Below, piece after piece: positions 59,240 through 64,000 of a stretch of DNA of 64,000 nucleotides. The DNA is taken from assembly GCA_965552055.1 (NCBI GenBank), contig CBEVQO010000002.1, forward strand, positions 384,001 to 448,000, given 5' to 3'. Position 1 is the first letter of the stretch, and each line of letters opens with the position of its first letter. Both the position numbers and the translations under genes were made by a program. A model generated the notes under the pieces. It saw only the letters and a program-made list of their open reading frames with translations, ran no database searches and was not told the DNA's origin. The stretch comes from an uncultured bacterium (GTDB taxonomy: Bacteria > Hydrothermota > UBA3073 > NMUJ01 > CBEVQO01).

Positions 59240-59631
59240 GCTGATAACTTTCTTTGCGCACTTATCAAAGCAATTGGTGGCAGGATTTTTCTTTCATCTT
59301 CCTTTATTTTATTCAAATGCACATGGTCTATATTTTCGCGTAATTTCAACAATCTAACGGCTTCAAACACACGGGCAAGGTCAATTCCCCGGGGACACCT
59401 GACAGTACACATAAAGCAACTTGCACAAATCCATATCGTTTTTGAATCAATTACCCTCCTTACATTGCCCATCTGTAAATACCTTATCGCCTGATTCGGA
59501 AGCAAATCCATTGCAGAAGCAGAAGGACAACTACCAGAACATCTACCACACTGATAGCACAACATTATGTTTTGCTCAGATATCTCTTCTATTCTCTTAA
59601 GCTCGGAAATGTTCAATCCTAAATTCATCAT
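59236..59631 (-). CDS. hdrC: Heterodisulfide reductase subunit C-like 2x[4Fe-4S] protein
   Basis: CYQCGRCSGSCP and CASCFMCTVRCP; true start may be 59628. Confidence 0.88.
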   Translation of the reverse strand: MMNLGLNISELKRIEEISEQNIMLCYQCGRCSGSCPSASAMDLLPNQAIRYLQMGNVRRVIDSKTIWICASCFMCTVRCPRGIDLARVFEAVRLLKLRENIDHVHLNKIKEDERKILPPIALISAQRKLSA

Positions 59632-59633
59632 CT

Positions 59634-59660
59634 ATTTTAATCCTATTCCCAGAATGTCAA
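59634..59660 (-). promoter_or_regulatory. promoter TTGACA-N15-TAAAAT, apparently leaderless hdrC
   Basis: ATG 59628 lies 5 nt after -10. Confidence 0.75.
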
Positions 59661-59684
59661 GTTATTTTTGAAAAAATTTTCCGC

Positions 59685-59711
59685 TTGACATTTTTAAATT
59701 TCTTTTAAATT
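59685..59711 (+). promoter_or_regulatory. promoter TTGACA-N15-TAAATT, apparently leaderless (ATG 59718)
   Basis: ATG 6 nt after -10. Confidence 0.75.
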
Positions 59712-59717
59712 TTCAAG

Positions 59718-60371
59718 ATGAAAATAAAAGCAGATTTGCATATCCACACCTTTTATTCTCCCGATAGTATAATAACATTTCAAACCTTAATAAAAATTTG
59801 TAAAAGGAGAAAGATAAATTGCGTTGCCATCACAGACCATAACACAATTAAAGGAGCTGTAGAATTTTCAAAAATTTCTCCGCTCAAAGTTATTATCGGT
59901 GAAGAAATTGATACGAAAGATGGCGAAATTATAGGCTATTTTTTGAAAAAAGAAATCAGAAAAGGTTTAAGTGCAGAAGATACTGTTTATGCTATAAAAG
60001 AACAAGATGGTCTTGTGTGCATTCCCCATCCTTTTGACAAATTAAGGGGCTCTGCATTGAATCCCGATAAATTAATGAAAATCATTGATGATGTTGACAT
60101 AATCGAAGGTGTAAATGGCAGGGTTTTTAAAGAGCTTGATAATGCTCTCGCAATAGAATTTGCGGTTGCTTATAAAAAGCAGGTATCCGCAGGAAGCGAT
60201 GCACATACAGCACTTGAAATCGGTATCGCAACAGTAGAACTTGAAGATTTTAACTCAAAAGAAGAATTTTTAAAAAACCTTGAAGATGCTAAAATTTATA
60301 ACAAAGTAAGTCATCCCATTGTCCATATTTTTAGCACGGGAATTAAAATTGCGAAAAAAATATTAAAATGA
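59718..60371 (+). CDS. PHP-domain phosphoesterase
   Basis: DLHIHT, ITDHN, GEE, HPF, GSDAH. Confidence 0.92.
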   Translation: MKIKADLHIHTFYSPDSIITFQTLIKICKRRKINCVAITDHNTIKGAVEFSKISPLKVIIGEEIDTKDGEIIGYFLKKEIRKGLSAEDTVYAIKEQDGLVCIPHPFDKLRGSALNPDKLMKIIDDVDIIEGVNGRVFKELDNALAIEFAVAYKKQVSAGSDAHTALEIGIATVELEDFNSKEEFLKNLEDAKIYNKVSHPIVHIFSTGIKIAKKILK

Positions 60372-61222
60372 CAGACATCATCATTGTAACCCATAATTCA
60401 GAAAAATTCATAGAACATTGTTTGAATAGCATTCCCAAAAATTACAGAATAATCATAATAGATAACGCTTCAAAAGATAAAACAAAAGAAATTGTCAAAA
60501 AATTTGAAAATGTAAAACTTATCGAGAATAAGAAAAATATTGGATTCACAAAGGCGGTAAATCAAGGGATAAAAGAAACGCGGTCGGAATTTATTTTATT
60601 ATTAAATCCGGACATCATTGTATTAGGTGACGCAATAAAAAAGCTTGAAGAGTTCATGAAAGTACATCCGGAATGCGGAGCGGTTGCTCCACAGCTTTTA
60701 AATCCAGACCTCACAATTCAAAACTCATGCAGAAAATTCCCAACACCATTTAACATATTTCTGGAGTTCATGTTATTACCGCGGATTTTTAAAAAACTTT
60801 CTCTATGGAAAATGGGATATTTTAAACACAATAAGTTATGTGAAGTAGAACAACCAATGGCATCTGCTATCATGATAAGAAAAAAAGTTTTCAAAAAGAT
60901 TGGATATTTCAACGAAAAATACAAAAACTATGTCAGCGATGTCGATTTTTGTTACAGAATGAAAAAGGAAGGTTTTAAAATTTACTTTTATCCTGATGCC
61001 AAGATGATTCATTATCTTGGTAGGACGATGAAAATGTATCCTTTAAAATCTGTAATAGAATTACATCATTCGCTTTATAAATTTTTAAAGGAAAATTACG
61101 ATAAGAAATTTTTATTGATTATCGACGGATTTCTACTTTATTTCAGCATGTTGATTCGTGTATTTTTCCTTTTATTTTTTAAATTTTTCAAGAATATCTT
61201 TCGCTGTTTTTTTACCCGATAA
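60368..61222 (+). CDS. GT2 glycosyltransferase
   Basis: IIIVTHN, IDNASKD, GF.KAVNQG, LLNPD, DVDFC. Confidence 0.9.
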   Translation: MTDIIIVTHNSEKFIEHCLNSIPKNYRIIIIDNASKDKTKEIVKKFENVKLIENKKNIGFTKAVNQGIKETRSEFILLLNPDIIVLGDAIKKLEEFMKVHPECGAVAPQLLNPDLTIQNSCRKFPTPFNIFLEFMLLPRIFKKLSLWKMGYFKHNKLCEVEQPMASAIMIRKKVFKKIGYFNEKYKNYVSDVDFCYRMKKEGFKIYFYPDAKMIHYLGRTMKMYPLKSVIELHHSLYKFLKENYDKKFLLIIDGFLLYFSMLIRVFFLLFFKFFKNIFRCFFTR

Positions 61223-61924
61223 CAGCATACCGGCGAATATCGGACCCATTCTTGGACCACCATATACTGCGTTGACTGCCATACCGGCTACATAAAGACC
61301 AGGGACTACTTCTCCTGCTTTCTCGACAACAAACTTTTCTCCTTCTTCAGCGTTCATAGGACCTTCTCCTTTGATTATCTTCTCTCCCATTTTCTTCTCA
61401 TACAGTTTCACAAGCTGAGCATCATGTCCTGTTGCATCAACAAGTGCTTTACATAGAAAAGAAAGAGGGTCAACATGCAAGCCAGATGCAAGAGCAGAAT
61501 GCCAGTTCACCACAACACCGCATACCTCCTTATTTTTTATCACTAAATCTTCAACTTCTATGAGATTTAAAATATTTACTCCTTCTTTTTTACATTTTAA
61601 ACCGAGCCCGCAAGCAAGTTCAATTGCATCAACAATCAAATATCTATCTTTCTCTTTATATTTTACGCCTATTTCTTCTAAAATCCCAATCGATTCTTTG
61701 CTGAGTACAGTTTTATTAAACATCATACCGCCACCCCATATCCCTCCTCCTATTGACAATCTTTTCTCGAATACACAAACCTTTAGTCCTCTTTGAGCAA
61801 GAGTATAAGCACATGTCAAACCAGCAGGACCAGCGCCACAAATTATAACATCAACTTCTAAATTATTTCGTAAGGAATAAAAATACTCCTCTATTATAAG
61901 GCGGGAAATTTCTTTTTCTATCAT
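61172..61924 (-). CDS. thi4: Sulfide-dependent adenosine diphosphate thiazole synthase
   Basis: GAGPAG, GGGIWGGGMMF, LHVDP (His instead of the suicide Cys), DATGH, PRMGPIF.GMLLSG. Confidence 0.92.
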   Translation of the reverse strand: MIEKEISRLIIEEYFYSLRNNLEVDVIICGAGPAGLTCAYTLAQRGLKVCVFEKRLSIGGGIWGGGMMFNKTVLSKESIGILEEIGVKYKEKDRYLIVDAIELACGLGLKCKKEGVNILNLIEVEDLVIKNKEVCGVVVNWHSALASGLHVDPLSFLCKALVDATGHDAQLVKLYEKKMGEKIIKGEGPMNAEEGEKFVVEKAGEVVPGLYVAGMAVNAVYGGPRMGPIFAGMLLSGKKTAKDILEKFKK

Positions 61925-61925
61925 T

Positions 61926-63443
61926 TTATTGTATCACAACAAATTTATACGATTTCCCACCCGTTCTGCAAATATAAATCCCGGGCTTAAATTCTCCGTT
62001 TATTTTCAAGATATATCTATCTCCGGAGATATTCACCTCTTTTATCAATCTTCCTGTCATATCGTATATCGTTAGTTTGCCTTTTAATCCGTTAAATATC
62101 ACATAATTTTTAGCAGGATTTGGATAAATATTTATTTTATTGAGGGAAAGTTGTTGCAATGCTTTGATATTTTCTTTTGCAACTTCGATTCTTATCTCAT
62201 GTAAAACAGGACTCCCGATATCCGAAACTGCATTAAATTCGACCATATACTGAACATATCTGTGATTAGAATTTACAGATGCAATTACCGAAAGGTCATC
62301 ACCGCACTGCAACTGCGGACACATATCCCAATCCATAGCATCGGACATATCAGGAGTGGAGCCCGTACGAACTTTAACCACAGGATTACCTGTCGCCCTA
62401 AAATAAATTTTGCCATAAGGTGTTTGAAGAGGTCCCCTATCGAAAACAGAAGATTCAAAATAACCGAATTGATGAAAACCAGAGCAATACATCCATTCTT
62501 TACCCGCAACCAGTATCAATTGATTTGGCAAAATAAGCAAAGACAAAGGCGAACCAAGATATGAAAAATCTTTGCATAAGCTCCAGTTAACATCCTTTTT
62601 GTATAACCTTCCTGCGTCTGACAGAGCATAAAGCTTATCATCAGCGTTTTTAATCAAAGAGATTATCTCCTGCTCCGGTATAGCAGAAGTTATTTTAAAT
62701 GTATCATTAATCAAAGTAAGGATACAGGCAGGTTTACCAGTTGCTATTATTTTGCCATCATATTCTGTTATTATGTTTATCTTTTCAACAGTATCAGGTA
62801 AAGGATATTTTTTCACACTACCTGCTAATATACTGTAAATAGTATCTGTTTTACAGCCGACAAATATTGTTTCTCCCTTTGTGTAGATAGCTGTTATTTC
62901 GGATGGCAATTGAGCGAGCTCCTGCCAGACATTATCCTCTTTTAAAACTTTACCGCATGCTGTTCCCAGCAAAATTTTATCATCAACTGTAAGCCCTGTA
63001 GCAGTCACACTAACATTCAATGTATCACATGGAATGTAACTAACCCATTCACCATACTCATTCAGATATAAAACAGGATTAATAGTATTGGATGTAACCG
63101 CAAATAATTTTCCTGTTTTCTTAAATAGCAACCATTTAACTGTATCATCAACTTCCCAGTATCCATCCCATGATATACCATTGTTAAACGAGACCCATAT
63201 TTCACATCCTGTACAGCAGAACAGAGCCTCATCTCCTGCTTTTAAGAAAGTTAGTCCATCTGCAGGTGGTCTAAGCTTAACCCACACTTCGTCGCTTGCT
63301 TTCAGCATAATGTCACCCACTGGCAAGCCCTGCACATTTATCCCAATGAGATATTTATTCGTATCAGACCACATAGATTGGTAAGGACCACCCGACCAGT
63401 CTGTTTGTAGCCACTGGAAAGCAAGAAATATCGCTATTATCAT
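61926..63443 (-). CDS. Secreted beta-propeller-like protein with T9SS-type CTD
   Basis: Signal peptide, QTDWSGG, RYVQY, IYPNP...PGIY CTD. Confidence 0.7.
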   Translation of the reverse strand: MIIAIFLAFQWLQTDWSGGPYQSMWSDTNKYLIGINVQGLPVGDIMLKASDEVWVKLRPPADGLTFLKAGDEALFCCTGCEIWVSFNNGISWDGYWEVDDTVKWLLFKKTGKLFAVTSNTINPVLYLNEYGEWVSYIPCDTLNVSVTATGLTVDDKILLGTACGKVLKEDNVWQELAQLPSEITAIYTKGETIFVGCKTDTIYSILAGSVKKYPLPDTVEKINIITEYDGKIIATGKPACILTLINDTFKITSAIPEQEIISLIKNADDKLYALSDAGRLYKKDVNWSLCKDFSYLGSPLSLLILPNQLILVAGKEWMYCSGFHQFGYFESSVFDRGPLQTPYGKIYFRATGNPVVKVRTGSTPDMSDAMDWDMCPQLQCGDDLSVIASVNSNHRYVQYMVEFNAVSDIGSPVLHEIRIEVAKENIKALQQLSLNKINIYPNPAKNYVIFNGLKGKLTIYDMTGRLIKEVNISGDRYILKINGEFKPGIYICRTGGKSYKFVVIQ

Positions 63444-63455
63444 GGCACCCCCTTT

Positions 63456-64000
63456 TTAACGCATCCAGATTATCTTTGATAAGCAAACATTTCTACCCGA
63501 TTGAACTTTAATGAAATAGATTCCCGATGGAACCATTACTCCTTTACTATCTTTTCCATCCCATCTTAATATCTTTTCTCCTGTCAGCATCCCATCGAAC
63601 AATGTCCTTATTTTCCTGCCAGCTATATCATAAATAGCAACCTTCACATTTCCCTTTCCTGCAGGTAGCAATCTTATATTAACAAAGTATGAAGCAGGAT
63701 TTGGATACACTTCTATCCTCTTATCAATTGCAACTTTCTTTTCTTCGAGCTCAATTGCCTTCTTTTTACCAGTAAGTGCAAGTACCAATGAGTCTTCTGT
63801 AAATGTCGTTAAAACTTTTAAACCTGTTCCTCTCCAGATTGCAGTCTCAGCTTCGGGTATCATAAATGTATCAAATGCTACAACGACAGATTCACCCGGG
63901 AGAAGCTCAACCAATCTCTCAGATGAATACATCCACAACGGCTCAATAAGGGTATCTTTCCTCTCAGGTGAAATCGAATCAATCGAAGGGTATATGTAAA
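63456..64000 (-). CDS. C-terminal part of a secreted protein with T9SS/FlgD-like CTD (starts beyond window end)
   Basis: Frame is open to the window edge; VYPNP, IYDIAGRKIRTL, WDGKD, SGIYF. Confidence 0.75.
   Translation of the reverse strand, partial: YIYPSIDSISPERKDTLIEPLWMYSSERLVELLPGESVVVAFDTFMIPEAETAIWRGTGLKVLTTFTEDSLVLALTGKKKAIELEEKKVAIDKRIEVYPNPASYFVNIRLLPAGKGNVKVAIYDIAGRKIRTLFDGMLTGEKILRWDGKDSKGVMVPSGIYFIKVQSGRNVCLSKIIWMR

Noticed and set aside
58433..59631. Selenocysteine or stop-codon read-through in hdrBC and other genes ending in TGA
   Set aside because: The proteins are full length with all Cys motifs; the TGAs are ordinary ATGA overlaps.
61924..61926. TPP riboswitch before thi4
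   Set aside because: Only 1 nt separates thi4 from the upstream gene.
559..63384. Many 60-170 aa antisense or nested ORFs in the ORF track
   Set aside because: They lie within well-supported genes and have no motifs or start signals; treated as shadow ORFs.
1..64000. tRNA, rRNA, prophage or transposase genes
   Set aside because: Intergenic gaps are short and show no cloverleaf or T-loop patterns; no phage or transposase motifs were recognised.

Overview
AT-rich, gene-dense bacterial chromosome segment. Five proteins with T9SS-type C-terminal sorting domains, a long SecA and many genes of types common in thermophiles and archaea fit an anaerobic FCB-related lineage such as candidate division WOR-3 (inference). 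It holds about 60 CDS. Housekeeping genes: tyrS 5' end, secF, cca, coaE, miaB, secA, rph, rluD, rpsO, dgt, thi4. Surface and glycosylation genes are present, as are secreted proteases (C25, M6, caspase-like) with two tandem serpins. Accessory genes: an ATPase plus putative nuclease pair, an SDH/Clp-like protease, a PIN toxin-antitoxin pair and a tandem HEPN-like duplicate. There is also a lipoate-carrier/ligase/CCG/LUD/dehydrogenase operon near hdrCB. I saw no rRNA, tRNA, CRISPR array or transposase. The strongest signals are non-coding. (1) 23 promoter-like sites were found by eye, and 20 read TTGAC(A/T)-N15-TAnnnT, a 15-bp rather than 17-bp spacer; 15 of the 23 have a start codon 5-7 nt after the -10, i.e. 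apparently leaderless mRNAs. (2) There are four co-oriented copies of a GC-rich intergenic element (hairpin plus G-quadruplex-like tail). All product calls come from motif recognition; no database searches were run.
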